This document shows positions 10,798 through 23,192 of a DNA stretch of 64,000 nt, piece after piece. The stretch is from NCBI GenBank assembly GCA_965248535.1, contig CBDFJR010000005.1, positions 992,001 through 1,056,000 on the forward strand, written 5' to 3'. The DNA is from Phormidesmis sp. GTDB lineage: Bacteria; Cyanobacteriota; Cyanobacteriia; Leptolyngbyales; Leptolyngbyaceae. The notes beneath the pieces are model-generated. The model saw nothing but the letters and a program-made list of their open reading frames with translations. It made no database searches and was not told where the DNA came from. The first letter of the stretch is position 1, and every line of letters starts with the position of its first letter. The position numbers were made by a program, and so were the translations under genes.

Positions 10798-11682
10798 GTG
10801 CTCATGGCTCTCACTAATCTTTTTCGCGTCCGATCGCTGACCCTTTCTGAACGCCCTAGCCTGTCATTGCAGATGATGCGCGTTGGGGCATTGCTAACGG
10901 TTTTGTTTGTCGGACTGGCGATCGTGGCTCCTCTCTTGCAGACAGTGGGTTGGCTGCAAAGTCCGATCGAGTTTCTCGACAATCTGCCCCATCAGCCCCC
11001 CTCGGCAACTCACTGGTTTGGCACCACAAATCTAGGCTATGACGTGTTTTCACGAACTCTCTATGGCACGCAGGCCGCCGTGCAGGTGGTGATTTTAGCA
11101 ACGGCCCTAAGTTTATTGATCGGGGTGCCCCTGGGCATGGTGAGCGGATATCTGGGCGGAAAGCTCGATCGCGTCCTGCTTTTCTGTATGGATACGATCT
11201 ATACACTGCCGGGACTGCTGCTCTCAGTCACCTTGGCGTTTGTGGTGGGGCGAGGCGTGTTGAATGCCGCGATCGCCCTCAGCATCGCCTATGTGCCCCA
11301 ATATTATCGCGTTGTGCGAAACCAGACGGTGAGCGTCAAAACCGAGCTATTTATCGAAGCGGCTCAGGCGATGGGAGCCTCCACTTGGCGAGTCTTGTCG
11401 CGCTACTTATTCTTAAACGTGATTCAAAGTGTGCCTGTGTTATTTACCCTCAACGCGGCGGACGCAATCTTGACCCTAGGAGGCTTGGGCTTTTTAGGAC
11501 TCGGCTTGCCCGATGAATTGGCCGAATGGGGACACGATTTGCGGGAAGCCTTGGACGCTCTTTCGACTGGGGGCATCTGGTGGACGGCGTTTTTTCCAGG
11601 CTTTGCCATGACGCTGATGGTGATTGGACTCTCGCTCTTAGGCGAAGGACTCAACGAACTCACCGAGCGCAAAGCGAGATAG
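10798..11682 (+). CDS. ABC transporter permease (DppC/OppC-like)
   Basis: HWFGTTNLGYDVFSR, EAA loop FIEAAQAMGAS. Confidence 0.92.
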   Translation: MLMALTNLFRVRSLTLSERPSLSLQMMRVGALLTVLFVGLAIVAPLLQTVGWLQSPIEFLDNLPHQPPSATHWFGTTNLGYDVFSRTLYGTQAAVQVVILATALSLLIGVPLGMVSGYLGGKLDRVLLFCMDTIYTLPGLLLSVTLAFVVGRGVLNAAIALSIAYVPQYYRVVRNQTVSVKTELFIEAAQAMGASTWRVLSRYLFLNVIQSVPVLFTLNAADAILTLGGLGFLGLGLPDELAEWGHDLREALDALSTGGIWWTAFFPGFAMTLMVIGLSLLGEGLNELTERKAR

Positions 11683-12000
11683 CTAAAACTCTTCTAAGAG
11701 CCACTCTGAAGCGCGTTCACCCAAATCGATCGCAATATTCACCGCTTTCCCCAACCGGGGCCGCTCACGGGTCTTTTCAATATAGGTTTGCACTTGCGCG
11801 ATCGCGCCCCAAGCCGTGATGTAGCCCGCAACCTGATCTAAATGCTCAACATAGTCGCCCTCCGACAGGGGAAACGACGCTTGCTCTAAGTATTTCCACA
11901 TGACTTGGACAAAGATTTTGCCCTGGGTTCGCCGAATTTGAAGATCATAAGAGCGACCCCATTTATTGACTAAAACCTGCCGAAGATCTGAACCAGTCAT
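11683..12000 (-). CDS. DUF3067 family protein
   Basis: KWGRSYD...QVMWKYLEQASFPL; typical divergent neighbour of petC. Confidence 0.85.
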   Translation of the reverse strand: MTGSDLRQVLVNKWGRSYDLQIRRTQGKIFVQVMWKYLEQASFPLSEGDYVEHLDQVAGYITAWGAIAQVQTYIEKTRERPRLGKAVNIAIDLGERASEWLLEEF

Positions 12001-12282
12001 GATGACGATCGCTGCAAAAGCTGTAACATTTCGTATAAATTTAAGACTCTAACCGTTAGCTATGATGCTAATGTTAAAGTTTGTATAATACACCTAAGAA
12101 AGGCTACAAACGACCGATTCAGAAGGATTTCTAGCATTTTTTGCGCTTAGAAAACCTTCATCAAAGCGCGATCGTAGCTCGTGTATCTCCCTAGATCTAA
12201 ATCCAGAGCTTTTAGACAAGCCCTGAGCGCCAATCTGCTGTGATTGATCGCAATACATCCCCGATATCTCTAGAGTGTAGAC

Positions 12283-12825
12283 ATGGCTCAACTAACTGGA
12301 CCCGCAGATGATGTCCCCAGCATGGGTCGTCGTCAATTTATGAACGTTTTGATGTTTGGCTCTGAGGCGCTCGTTGCCGCAGGTGCCTTATATCCAGTCA
12401 TTCAATATTTTATTCCGCCATCGAGCGGCAGTAGCTCTGGGGGTGTCACCGCCAAAGATGCTTTAGGGAACGACATCGTTCTCACCGACTATCTGACTAG
12501 CCACCCGGCAGGCGACCACTCGCTCGTGCAGGGCTTAAAAGGTGACCCCACCTATCTAGTGGTTGAAGAAGACAAAGCGATCGCCAACTATGGCATCAAT
12601 GCAGTCTGCACCCACCTCGGCTGCGTCGTTCCTTGGAACGCCAACGAGAACAAGTTTATGTGCCCCTGCCACGGCTCTCAATATGACAACACGGGCAAAG
12701 TGGTGCGCGGCCCCGCTCCTTTATCACTCGCCCTCGCCCACGCCACCGTTGAAGACAACAAAGTCACCCTCACCCCTTGGACTGAGACTGACTTCCGCAC
12801 CAACGAAGATCCCTGGTGGGCATAA
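12283..12825 (+). CDS. petC: Cytochrome b6f Rieske iron-sulfur subunit
   Basis: Tat signal RRQF, CTHLGC, CPCHGS. Confidence 0.98.
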   Translation: MAQLTGPADDVPSMGRRQFMNVLMFGSEALVAAGALYPVIQYFIPPSSGSSSGGVTAKDALGNDIVLTDYLTSHPAGDHSLVQGLKGDPTYLVVEEDKAIANYGINAVCTHLGCVVPWNANENKFMCPCHGSQYDNTGKVVRGPAPLSLALAHATVEDNKVTLTPWTETDFRTNEDPWWA

Positions 12826-12860
12826 TTCAGGATTTGGGTTTTAGACTTCAGGTTTTGGTA

Positions 12861-12888
12861 GACTCCTGACTCCTAACCCCTGACTCCT
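12861..12888 (+). repeat. Heptamer tandem repeat (STRR-like)
   Basis: GACTCCT GACTCCT AACCCCT GACTCCT in the petC-petA spacer. Confidence 0.7.
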
Positions 12889-12924
12889 TCTTCCGTTCCT
12901 TTGTTATCCTTTTATTCGCTAGAG

Positions 12925-13911
12925 ATGAGAACAAGCTTTTTATCGTCGATGTGGCTGCGTAGCACCCAAACCATGACCCAAAAGGCCATGGTCGCGATCG
13001 TCGCCCTTACCGTCTTGATCGCAGGCAGCCTTGCCCTGCCTCAAGCCGCGTCTGCTTATCCTTACTACGCTCAAGAAGCCTACAAAAACCCTCGTGAGGC
13101 AACCGGGCGCATTGTTTGCGCCAACTGTCACCTCGGCGCAAAACCCACCGAGGTCGAAGTGCCCCAATCGGTTTTGCCCAACACCGTGTTTGAAGCAGTG
13201 GTCAAAATTCCCTACGACACGAGCGTTCAGCAAGTTCAAGGCGACGGCAGCAAAGGCCCCTTAAACGTTGGCGCAGTGCTGATGTTGCCCGAAGGCTTTA
13301 AGCTAGCGCCCGAAGACCGCTTGACCGATGAGATGAAAGAGAAGATGGGCGAACTCTATGTTCAGTCCTACAGCGACGACCAGCCCAACATCTTAGTCGT
13401 TGGCCCGATTCCGGGTGAGCAATATCGGGAGATCACTTTCCCGATATTGTCTCCTGACCCCAAGAGCGATAAATCCATTCGCTTTGGCAAATATTCGGTG
13501 CACGTCGGCGGCAACCGCGGTCGGGGTCAGGTCTATCCCACGGGTGAAAAGAGCAACAACACGGTTTATAACGCTTCTGCAACAGGTCAAATTGCAGCGA
13601 TCGCCAAAACCGAAGAGGGCGGATTCACCGTCACCATCAAAGCGGCTGACAGCAAAACGATCAACGAAGTCATTCCGCCTGGCCCAGACCTGCTAGTCGC
13701 AGAAGGTCAAGAGGTCAAGTTGGGAGATGCGCTAACCAGCAACCCTAACGTGGGTGGCTTTGGTCAAGTTGACAAAGAAATCGTGTTGCAAAGCCCCAAC
13801 CGCATTAAAGGGTTGATGGCCTTCTTTGCCATGGTCACCGTAACTCAGATCATGCTGGTGTTGAAGAAGAAGCAAGTCGAAAGAGTGCAAGCTGCCGAGA
13901 TGAACTTCTAA
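12925..13911 (+). CDS. petA: Apocytochrome f
   Basis: YPYYAQ...GRIVCANCH heme motif, C-terminal LKKKQVE. Confidence 0.98.
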   Translation: MRTSFLSSMWLRSTQTMTQKAMVAIVALTVLIAGSLALPQAASAYPYYAQEAYKNPREATGRIVCANCHLGAKPTEVEVPQSVLPNTVFEAVVKIPYDTSVQQVQGDGSKGPLNVGAVLMLPEGFKLAPEDRLTDEMKEKMGELYVQSYSDDQPNILVVGPIPGEQYREITFPILSPDPKSDKSIRFGKYSVHVGGNRGRGQVYPTGEKSNNTVYNASATGQIAAIAKTEEGGFTVTIKAADSKTINEVIPPGPDLLVAEGQEVKLGDALTSNPNVGGFGQVDKEIVLQSPNRIKGLMAFFAMVTVTQIMLVLKKKQVERVQAAEMNF

Positions 13912-13970
13912 CCATGAATTTCTAACACAGCAGCGAGTTGAGGTGAAAAACTCACCAAATTCATGATTTT

Positions 13971-14000
13971 GGGATGGGCTAGTGGCTCATCCCTTTTTTT
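13971..14000 (+). terminator. Intrinsic terminator after petCA
   Basis: GGGATGGGC-TAGTG-GCTCATCCC then a T run. Confidence 0.8.
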
Positions 14001-14062
14001 GGGTTGGATTCAAATTCGGCGATCGCCGCCGCCCGACCTTGCCGTTCCCCTAAAGGACGTTT

Positions 14063-14515
14063 TTAAGAGCGACTTGGCTGGCTCGATCGCTCTGCATACT
14101 GTTTCAACTCCCAGGCCATTCGCTGAATGCCTTGCTGTTCATCTCGACGAATAAACGGCAGAAACAGCTTAGTCAAGGGGCCAGAGAAGCGGTCTTGATG
14201 GATGTATTTTGTGCGATTTCTGCCGATATCCTGCAACTCAAAGACGTGCTCATTGCGAAAACCTGGAATCGTTGCAACCCACCGCAGACAGACGTTAGGC
14301 TGCACCAGAGTCACCAGGGGTTGAAACTCGATCGGGTCTTCACCCAGCCCCCGGCGCAGAGACAGCACCGTCTCCTGACCTTGAATCAAAGGACGGTGAG
14401 AATCGCAGTCATATAAAAAGGTGTTCCAATATTTCCAGCGATCTTTTTGAACCAGAATCCGCCAGACCCCAGATTTGGGCGCGTCAATCTCGATTTCGGT
14501 ATAAAGACTCGGCAT
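14063..14515 (-). CDS. SRPBCC/polyketide cyclase-like protein
   Basis: TEIEIDAP..VW..L...W..WN; EHVFEL; ELKQYAE. Confidence 0.8.
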   Translation of the reverse strand: MPSLYTEIEIDAPKSGVWRILVQKDRWKYWNTFLYDCDSHRPLIQGQETVLSLRRGLGEDPIEFQPLVTLVQPNVCLRWVATIPGFRNEHVFELQDIGRNRTKYIHQDRFSGPLTKLFLPFIRRDEQQGIQRMAWELKQYAERSSQPSRS

Positions 14516-14529
14516 TCAGCCCACCCTGC

Positions 14530-15276
14530 TCACCCTGCCACTGAAGACTCAACCCCTTCTTCAACATTGCCTGTGCTGGGCAACTCTAGACAATAGCCCG
14601 CCCCATAGACCGTTTTAATAAACCGGGGGTGACGCGGCTCTGGCTCTAGCTTAGTTCTCAAATGACGAACGTGAACCCGAATCGTTTCAATATCGTCATC
14701 GGGGTCATAGCCCCAGACCTCTTTGAGAATCTCGCTCGGAGAAACCGTCTGACCGTGACGCTGAAGCAGGCAGTGCAAAAGCTCAAACTCTAGGTGAGTC
14801 AGCTTCACCGTTTTATCAAACCAAATGGCTTCAAACCGTTCGGGCACTAAAACGAGCGGGCCATAGCTAAGAATCTCGCTGTGCTTTGCCGCTTGCGGAA
14901 TGCGATCGGTGCGCCGCAGCAGTGCCCGCACTCGCGCCAGCAGTTCTTCGACCTCAAAGGGTTTGGTCAGATAGTCGTCTGCCCCTGCATTAAAGCCTTC
15001 AACTTTGTTTTGCGTCAGCCCCAGCGCCGTCAGCATCAACACGGGAATATCGGAGGTGCGATCGTCGCGGCGCAGTCTTTGACAAATAGTGAAGCCATCT
15101 ACCTGGGGCAGCATCAGATCAAGCATGATCAGATCAGGCTGAATTTGCAACGCTAGGGCTTGACCACGAATGCCATCACCTGCCTGCGTGACATCATAGC
15201 CAGCCATTTCAAGATTGACAGCAACTAGTTCTGAGATAGCAGGGTCATCGTCGATGACGAGTATCCGGGGCATCAT
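14530..15276 (-). CDS. rpaA: OmpR-family response regulator RpaA
   Basis: [21 protein letters not shown] and [15 protein letters not shown] signatures. Confidence 0.93.
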   Translation of the reverse strand: MMPRILVIDDDPAISELVAVNLEMAGYDVTQAGDGIRGQALALQIQPDLIMLDLMLPQVDGFTICQRLRRDDRTSDIPVLMLTALGLTQNKVEGFNAGADDYLTKPFEVEELLARVRALLRRTDRIPQAAKHSEILSYGPLVLVPERFEAIWFDKTVKLTHLEFELLHCLLQRHGQTVSPSEILKEVWGYDPDDDIETIRVHVRHLRTKLEPEPRHPRFIKTVYGAGYCLELPSTGNVEEGVESSVAG

Positions 15277-15435
15277 TAAATCGTTCTACTAAACTACTTG
15301 AGCGGCGCGATCGTCGGAAATCAACCAGAGGCTTGTGAAGTTTCCTGTTCAGATTATACGCAATGATTACAAATCCTCCTCGCCATAGGCTTTGATTTTG
15401 AGTCTAGAATTCTGGCTTTGTGGAGTTCGCGATGA

Positions 15436-16695
15436 TTGAGGGCAGGCGAGACTAGTAGATTCGCACGAGAGCCGCTATACTTAGGCGCTTGGATAGTGCC
15501 ACATCAAAATTTTTTGGGGTTCGTCGTGTTTTTTTTGCTCTTTTTTGCACTGATCAGTTCGCTGATTGCTCTGCGGATTTTTATCGGCAATCTGCATCGG
15601 CACCTGGCAGAAGCGACGCAGATATCCCCCGTTTTGGCTGATCGCGATCGGACAAATCTGCCCTCGGTTTCGATCGTGATCCCCGCGTTTAACGAGGCCG
15701 AAAACATTCGAGATTGTGTAAATGCAGTGCTCAACAGTTCTGATAACCCACAGCTAGAGGTTTGGGTGGTCGATGATCAGTCATCGGATGAGACTCTGGC
15801 GATCGTGCAGTCCATAACCGACCCGCGAGTGCAGGTGTTAGCCGGAAAGTCTCGCCCCGCCGATGAAGGATGGGTGGGCAAAAACTGGGCCTGTGCTCAA
15901 GTGGCTCCGCTGGTGACGGGAGAATTTTTGCTGTTTATCGATGCCGATGTGCAGCTTAAACGGGGCGCGATCGAGACCGCCGTGGCCGTGGCCGAGAGAG
16001 AGCAAGCCGACCTGCTGACGTTTTGGATGACGATCGTCTGTGTCCATTGGAGTGAATGGCTAGCTCAACCGATCATTGCCAGTTTGTTTGCGGCTGGCTA
16101 TAGTTTTGCTGAGGTTTGCGATCCTGATCATGAATCTGTCTTTGCAGTAGGGCCCTTTATGCTATTTCGCCGCAGCGCCTATGAGCAAATTGGCGGGCAT
16201 CGATCGGTGGCCCGCGAGGTGGTTGAGGATGTGCAGCTAGGGCGACGCATCAAACAACACGGACTGAAGCTGTGGTATGGCTTGGGGCACGACATGGCCG
16301 ACGTGAGAATGTATCGTTCGTTCTCTGCCCTCTGGGAAGGCTGGACTAAAAACTGGTATATCGGCACTAATCGCAATCTCAGACAGATCTTATATATTGC
16401 CTTTGTGACCCTTTTAGTGTTCACAGTTCCCTGGTTAGGTCTGACGATCGCGATCGTGCACCTCTTTGAGTCGGTCAACGGGTGGGATCTTAGTCTGTTT
16501 GTGGTTGCGCTGATCGCGATCGTCCTGCACTATGATTTGCGTCGCCTCACCCAAAAATTCTCTAACATTCCGCCTCGCTATTGGTGGTTAAGCGGCATCG
16601 GTGGGGTTTTGGTCAGCGCGATCGCCATCGTTTCCATCATCAAAACCGAAACAGGCTGGGGCTGGACGTGGCGAGGACGCAACCTATCGAATTGA
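15436..16695 (+). CDS. Glycosyltransferase family 2 (carotenoid glycosyltransferase-like)
   Basis: IPAFNE, VDDQSSD, GKNWAC, DAD, VVED, WEGWTKN; true start probably later than 15436. Confidence 0.85.
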   Translation: MRAGETSRFAREPLYLGAWIVPHQNFLGFVVFFLLFFALISSLIALRIFIGNLHRHLAEATQISPVLADRDRTNLPSVSIVIPAFNEAENIRDCVNAVLNSSDNPQLEVWVVDDQSSDETLAIVQSITDPRVQVLAGKSRPADEGWVGKNWACAQVAPLVTGEFLLFIDADVQLKRGAIETAVAVAEREQADLLTFWMTIVCVHWSEWLAQPIIASLFAAGYSFAEVCDPDHESVFAVGPFMLFRRSAYEQIGGHRSVAREVVEDVQLGRRIKQHGLKLWYGLGHDMADVRMYRSFSALWEGWTKNWYIGTNRNLRQILYIAFVTLLVFTVPWLGLTIAIVHLFESVNGWDLSLFVVALIAIVLHYDLRRLTQKFSNIPPRYWWLSGIGGVLVSAIAIVSIIKTETGWGWTWRGRNLSN

Positions 16696-16719
16696 AAAAG
16701 CTCTTTCAGGTCTACTATC

Positions 16720-18906
16720 ATGCACTTCGATCCCGTGGTTCAGGTTCTCATCCAGGTTTTGATTGTCATCGGTCTGTCGCGACTGGTGGGGTTGGCGTTT
16801 CGACGCATCAAACAGCCGTTGGTGATTGGCGAAATCGTGGCCGGAATCATGCTGGGGCCGTCGCTGTTTGGGGCGATCGCTCCCGATGCGGCGGCGGCCC
16901 TGTTTACGCCAGAAACCATTCCCTATCTGGGGGTGCTGTCGCAAATCGGGCTGATCTTTTTCATGTTTTTGATTGGGTTAGAGCTAGATCCCAAATATCT
17001 CAAAAATGGGTTAAACGTCGCGGTGCTGGTTTCCCACATCAGCATTCTTGTGCCTTTTTCATTGGGAACTTTACTTTCGCTGCTGCTCTATCCTCAAGTG
17101 TCGAATGATAGCGTGTCGTTTACGGCGTTTGCGCTATTTTTGGGGGCGGCCATGTCGATTACGGCCTTCCCGGTGCTGGCGAGAATTATTACTGAAAATA
17201 ATTTGCAAAATAGTCGCCTAGGAGCGCTAGCCCTCACCTGTGCCGCCGTCGATGATGTCACCGCTTGGTGTCTGCTGGCGTTAGCGATCGCCGTCACCCG
17301 CACCAACTCCATGGCAGGGGCGATTCCCACGATCGTGGAGTCGGTGATCTACATTGGCTTGATGGCGACTCTGGGGCGCAGCTTGCTCAAGCATCTGGCC
17401 CACTACTACGATCGCGCTCAAAAACTCAATCAAACCGTTGTCGCGCTGATCTATATGGGAGTCGTGCTTTCAGCGCTGATTACTGAATTGATTGGCATTC
17501 ACCTGATTTTTGGGGCCTTTTTGTTTGGCGCGATCATGCCCAAACATGAAGGGTTAACGCGAGAACTAGCGCAAAAAACAGAAGATTTTGTGCTGACGTT
17601 CCTGCTGCCGATTTTCTTTGCCTACAGCGGCTTACGCACTCAGGTCGGCTTGCTCAACCGTCCGATTTTGTGGGGGCTGTGCTTGCTGGTGGTAGCTGTG
17701 GCGATCTTGGGCAAATATTTCGGCACCTATATTGCGGCCAGAGTCTCAGGCATCGACAAACGAGAATCCTCTGCCTTGGCCTGGTTGATGAATACTCGCG
17801 GGCTAACCGAGCTAATCGTGCTCAATATTGGATTGAGTTTGGGCGTGATTTCGCCATTGCTGTTCACCATGCTGGTGATTATGGCGCTGGTCACCACCTT
17901 TATGACCTCACCCCTGCTAGAACTCACCTATCCCAAACATCAAATTCGCAAAAACACCGCCGAACCTGCTGTAGACGATCGCTCGCCCGCTTATCGAATT
18001 TTAGTGCCGATCGCTAACCCCAGCAGTCAGAGAGGCTTGATTCAGCTAGCGGTAACGATCGCGGTGGGCAATGTGCCACTGCAACCGCATCAACAGCCCG
18101 CGATCGTGTCTCCCCTCAGCCTGATTCAGCTAGGCGAAGATTATGTCTATGAAAGCACCCCCGCCGAAGCTGATCGCTTGATTGCGCTGCGGCAAACGCA
18201 ACTCGATGAGCTAGTGCAAAGCATTGAGCCGCCTGACTATCGCAGTTTAGTGCGTCCGATTATTCAAGTCGCTAACGATGTCGCCAGAGCCACGGCAAAT
18301 ATTGCTATCCGCGATCAGGTAGATTTAGTCGTCGTCGGCTGGCACCGCCCAGCGTTTAGCAGCAATCGCCTGGGGGGGCGAGTCGGACAAATTCTCAGCA
18401 CCGCTCCGGTCGATGTCGCGGTGTATATCGATCGTCAAACGACCAAGCTCGAACGGCTCCTGCTCCCCTACGTTTCCAACGTTCACACCGATTTAGGGTT
18501 AGAACTGGCGCTGCGACTGCTGATCAACTGCGAAAATAGTCACTTAACCATTTTGCGAATGGCATCAGCCGACCAGCCGCCCTGTGAGTTGAGCTATGAG
18601 TTTTATAATTTGATCGAGCGTCTGCCCCAGCAAGTCGTCGATCGCATCTCAATGCCCATTATTGAGGCCCCTAGCCCGATTTTAGCGGTGGTCGATGCCT
18701 CTAGAATGGCCGATCTGACGATCGCCGGAGCCAGCCGAGAATGGGGACTCGATCGCCAAACTCTGGGGCGATATGCCGATGAGTTGGCCGTGCGCTGCCG
18801 CTCTTCGCTGCTGATCACGCGCCGATACAATGAGGTCGCCTCCCATCTGACCTCGGTGTTAGAAAGTCCTGGAATTGAGTCAATGAGGAGCCGCGAATCA
18901 TCATGA
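16720..18906 (+). CDS. Cation:proton antiporter (CPA2) with C-terminal USP-like domains
   Basis: VIGEIVAGIMLGPS, SITAFPVLARI, DDVTAW, MNTRGL; RILVPIANP. Confidence 0.92.
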   Translation: MHFDPVVQVLIQVLIVIGLSRLVGLAFRRIKQPLVIGEIVAGIMLGPSLFGAIAPDAAAALFTPETIPYLGVLSQIGLIFFMFLIGLELDPKYLKNGLNVAVLVSHISILVPFSLGTLLSLLLYPQVSNDSVSFTAFALFLGAAMSITAFPVLARIITENNLQNSRLGALALTCAAVDDVTAWCLLALAIAVTRTNSMAGAIPTIVESVIYIGLMATLGRSLLKHLAHYYDRAQKLNQTVVALIYMGVVLSALITELIGIHLIFGAFLFGAIMPKHEGLTRELAQKTEDFVLTFLLPIFFAYSGLRTQVGLLNRPILWGLCLLVVAVAILGKYFGTYIAARVSGIDKRESSALAWLMNTRGLTELIVLNIGLSLGVISPLLFTMLVIMALVTTFMTSPLLELTYPKHQIRKNTAEPAVDDRSPAYRILVPIANPSSQRGLIQLAVTIAVGNVPLQPHQQPAIVSPLSLIQLGEDYVYESTPAEADRLIALRQTQLDELVQSIEPPDYRSLVRPIIQVANDVARATANIAIRDQVDLVVVGWHRPAFSSNRLGGRVGQILSTAPVDVAVYIDRQTTKLERLLLPYVSNVHTDLGLELALRLLINCENSHLTILRMASADQPPCELSYEFYNLIERLPQQVVDRISMPIIEAPSPILAVVDASRMADLTIAGASREWGLDRQTLGRYADELAVRCRSSLLITRRYNEVASHLTSVLESPGIESMRSRESS

Positions 18907-19382
18907 AATTCTTCAATCTCACCTCTCTCACGTTCTATGCAGGCTCGATCGCGGCAGTCGTAGCGCTGTTTAGTTTTGCCACCTCCTACGGTGAGGCCCA
19001 TCTCAAAGCACCGACCAAGCTAGACGGTCGATATCGCATTGCAGCGCAAAACCTGCCCGGATGCCTCAAGGCAGAGTCTTTAATTCTCACCCTTCAGCAA
19101 TCAGGACTCTATCTCAGCGGCTCGGTGTTGAATGGCGATGAGACCGACAAGACGCTGACCGCTTCTAAGAAAAAACCCTCACTGACGGGAACGCTCGATC
19201 GCGATCAACTGACGTTATCGGGCATTCCTTCTCACTTAGAGGCGTGTCAAAAAAATGCTCAAGCTCACGAAGTCACGATTCGAGGCAGTGTCACCGACGG
19301 CGTGATCAAAGGCACCCTGCGCCTAGAGTCTGGCGCTGCTGGAGTAGAGTTTGTTGGCAAACGAGAAGCGCCGTCAAACTAG
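18903..19382 (+). CDS. Hypothetical membrane-anchored protein
   Basis: ATGA overlap with the antiporter stop; N-terminal hydrophobic segment. Confidence 0.7.
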   Translation: MKFFNLTSLTFYAGSIAAVVALFSFATSYGEAHLKAPTKLDGRYRIAAQNLPGCLKAESLILTLQQSGLYLSGSVLNGDETDKTLTASKKKPSLTGTLDRDQLTLSGIPSHLEACQKNAQAHEVTIRGSVTDGVIKGTLRLESGAAGVEFVGKREAPSN

Positions 19383-19826
19383 CTGAAACTCCTTTAACGC
19401 AGGCAAAAAGTTATTATTTTCGTGACCAGAACGACTTAATTTGATCAAGGCAAATCGCCGTAGAGGAGTCAGCAACGCCCACTGCGATGGCGACAAACTC
19501 ACGCCTACCTCTTGCGCTGCTTTTTGCACACTGTCAGGGATGGTTGTGGTGTTTTCCCAGTCGGGGTGAGGGTCGATCGCTAAATCTGTCGCGGTGTCTC
19601 CGGTGCGCTGCAAAACCAGGTCATGGAGGAGGGCGCGATAGTCCGCAATTTCGGGTTCTAGACGGCACGGGGTGTCTACTAACCGTTGACGATCGTGCTG
19701 GTCAAATTTATTCCACTGGGGCAGCTTTAATTTAACTCCGCAGGTGTCTAGCTTGAGCCGCACCTGCATCGGCACGCAGCGCAGAGACTCCACAAAATCC
19801 GCTTCAAACTGAAAAAATTCTTCCAT
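19374..19826 (-). CDS. narM: Nitrate reductase associated protein
   Basis: FFQFEADFVESLRCVPMQVRLKLD...RFALIKLSRSGHENNNF. Confidence 0.88.
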   Translation of the reverse strand: MEEFFQFEADFVESLRCVPMQVRLKLDTCGVKLKLPQWNKFDQHDRQRLVDTPCRLEPEIADYRALLHDLVLQRTGDTATDLAIDPHPDWENTTTIPDSVQKAAQEVGVSLSPSQWALLTPLRRFALIKLSRSGHENNNFLPALKEFQLV

Positions 19827-19834
19827 GATCGTGA

Positions 19835-20326
19835 CTAAGAGGGACTCTGTTTTAGGTTAGCGCGACGAATAATCCAATAGCCTACCGACAGCGAGAGAAT
19901 CGCAACGCCTAACCCAATGATTTCGAGTCCAGACGTTTTGCTTAAATCTAAAATAATAATTTTTCGCGCCACTGCAATTAATGAAGTGATGATCACAAGC
20001 TCAACTTGAATCACATGCTTTTTAAGATAGGCGGTGATATTTTCTAAAATCTCTAGGGCAATTAAAATATTTAGAAAAAGCCCAAATATCTTAAACAGCA
20101 CCTCGCTAAATCGCGTGTGATCGGGCAAAGTCGCTTCATTCCACAATTCTTGCATTAAAAAAATGCCGAGATCAAAGACGGCAGCGATCGTCACCAGCAC
20201 CATCATGATCGAAAGTAGCTTTGAGACGACACTCTCAATGCTTTCTAACCCATGCAGAAAGGTTTGATCTTCAACGCAGGCGATCGTGCGCCTCACCAGT
20301 TGTTTCAGCAGCCTCATAAGTCTCAC
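19835..20326 (-). CDS. PsiE family membrane protein
   Basis: ILIALEILENITAYL...LIAVARKIIILD. Confidence 0.85.
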   Translation of the reverse strand: MRLMRLLKQLVRRTIACVEDQTFLHGLESIESVVSKLLSIMMVLVTIAAVFDLGIFLMQELWNEATLPDHTRFSEVLFKIFGLFLNILIALEILENITAYLKKHVIQVELVIITSLIAVARKIIILDLSKTSGLEIIGLGVAILSLSVGYWIIRRANLKQSPS

Positions 20327-20477
20327 CCAGATGAACCAATGCTGTCAGAATACTGGTCAACGGGGACGGCTAGCCGGATTTTTGCCCGATCGCTTAATGA
20401 ATTTGCTCAATCTCACGATAAGAAAGGGGCAGCGTTAACTCCCCCTTGTTGATGATTAAGTTTCGTTTGATATCGAT

Positions 20478-20615
20478 CTATCTAAAACCGACGGCTGCTT
20501 GCCAAACAAAAGCCAGCAGCAAAAAGAAAACGGGAATTACGGGCAGAACGTCCACCAAGGGATCAAAGATGGCGTAAGCTTCGGGCAGTTTTGCCAAGAG
20601 CAGGGCTGCTTCCAT
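20478..20615 (-). CDS. psbK: Photosystem II protein K (not in ORF track)
   Basis: Hand translation [45 protein letters not shown]. Confidence 0.98.
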   Translation of the reverse strand: MEAALLLAKLPEAYAIFDPLVDVLPVIPVFFLLLAFVWQAAVGFR

Positions 20616-20685
20616 GAATCGATTGCCTCTCCAACACAGAACTCATAATTGACACTCATTTTAACATGGTCAGGGTTTTTCAAAA

Positions 20686-21831
<1,146 letters not shown>

Positions 21832-21855
21832 CTAAAGGCAGAATCTGCGATCGCT

Positions 21856-22377
21856 CTAAAAAGCATCGTCGTCATCAATCTGCACATCCCACCCGGCCGA
21901 GAGAACTTCAGACACCATGGCTTCTAGCGCGGCGGCGTTGATGCTGCGACCCGGATGCTGCAAGGGATTAGAGAGCGGAATCAGCCGCAGTTGACGGCTA
22001 TCTTGAATTAAATCAAAATAAGTCTCTTGCTCTGGTGACTGACTTAGCTCTAAATAATCAAAGCTGTGAACATTGATGTAGAGGGCGTGATTTGCAATTA
22101 ACGTCGCCCGTTGGACATTGGCAAACACTTCTAAAAGGCAGCCTTCGCCCTGACTGGTGATAGCACCGTCTTGGGTGTGAATGTAACGAACTCGATTCAG
22201 ATCGGTCAGCAGACGATGCATATCCCGCTTATCAACGATCGTGCCTACGTCGATGATGCAAGGGGCTGGAAGCCTTGTGGCGCGAGAAGACTGGTCATGA
22301 CTCATATCTGGAAAGCCCTTAGTTTTGCTGACCCTGAGTAGAGAACTCTCTACAGTCATTATGGCTGGAAAAATCAA
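21856..22377 (-). CDS. Conserved cyanobacterial hypothetical protein
   Basis: PAPCIID.G.IV.K.DM; real start probably the downstream MSHD. Confidence 0.65.
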   Translation of the reverse strand: MIFPAIMTVESSLLRVSKTKGFPDMSHDQSSRATRLPAPCIIDVGTIVDKRDMHRLLTDLNRVRYIHTQDGAITSQGEGCLLEVFANVQRATLIANHALYINVHSFDYLELSQSPEQETYFDLIQDSRQLRLIPLSNPLQHPGRSINAAALEAMVSEVLSAGWDVQIDDDDAF

Positions 22378-22397
22378 TCTACAGCTTTAAACAGAGT

Positions 22398-23192
22398 GTG
22401 AAGAGTTTAAATTCTATTAAGGGAGGGCGGCAAAAAATGGGATCAGTGATCAAAGGGCTATTGCAGCAAATCGTTGCGGGCATTGCATTCTACACCTGTC
22501 TCCCCGTCCCGGTGGCCTATGCTTTAGAGTTTAGCGGCATCGCTCGCATCGCCCCGATCGTCGGGTTGCTGATTGGGGGACTTTTAGGACTTTTAGACGG
22601 AGGACTGGATTGGGTAGGGATGCCGACGTTGACCCGCAGCGCGATCGTGGTGGGCGCTTGGGTCGCCATCACCGGGGGCTTGCATCTAGATGGCGTGATC
22701 GACAGCGCCGATGGATTGGCGGTGACTGATCCCGATCGTCGGCTCGAAGTCATGGTAGACAGCGCGACGGGAGCTTTTGGGGCAATGGCAGGAATTCTGG
22801 TCTTATTGCTCAAAACGGCTGCTCTGAGTGACTTATCGACCGATCGGGTTTTCTTATTAATGACAGCAGCTAGTTGGGGGCGCTGGGGCCAACTCGTCGC
22901 GATCGCTCGATTCCCCTATCTCAAGCCAACTGGAAAGGGGGCCTTTCACAAAGCCTCGATTCAGTCACTCTGGGCGGCGTTGCCCACGCTTTTGCTGCTA
23001 ATTGGATTAGAAATCTTTATTTGGCACGATCGCCCGTTTCTAGCGGCAGTCGCAACTGTGGGCGGCATGACGATCGCCATTCTCACCGGGGCATGGTTTA
23101 ATCACCAACTAGGCGGACAAACCGGAGACACTTATGGGGCGATCGTCGAATGGACAGAAGCCCTGTTTCTCTGCTTAGTGACTGTGATTTGA
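22398..23192 (+). CDS. cobS: Adenosylcobinamide-GDP ribazoletransferase
   Basis: TGGLHLDG..D.ADG, M.DS..GAFG, GGQTGDTYGA. Confidence 0.93.
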   Translation: MKSLNSIKGGRQKMGSVIKGLLQQIVAGIAFYTCLPVPVAYALEFSGIARIAPIVGLLIGGLLGLLDGGLDWVGMPTLTRSAIVVGAWVAITGGLHLDGVIDSADGLAVTDPDRRLEVMVDSATGAFGAMAGILVLLLKTAALSDLSTDRVFLLMTAASWGRWGQLVAIARFPYLKPTGKGAFHKASIQSLWAALPTLLLLIGLEIFIWHDRPFLAAVATVGGMTIAILTGAWFNHQLGGQTGDTYGAIVEWTEALFLCLVTVI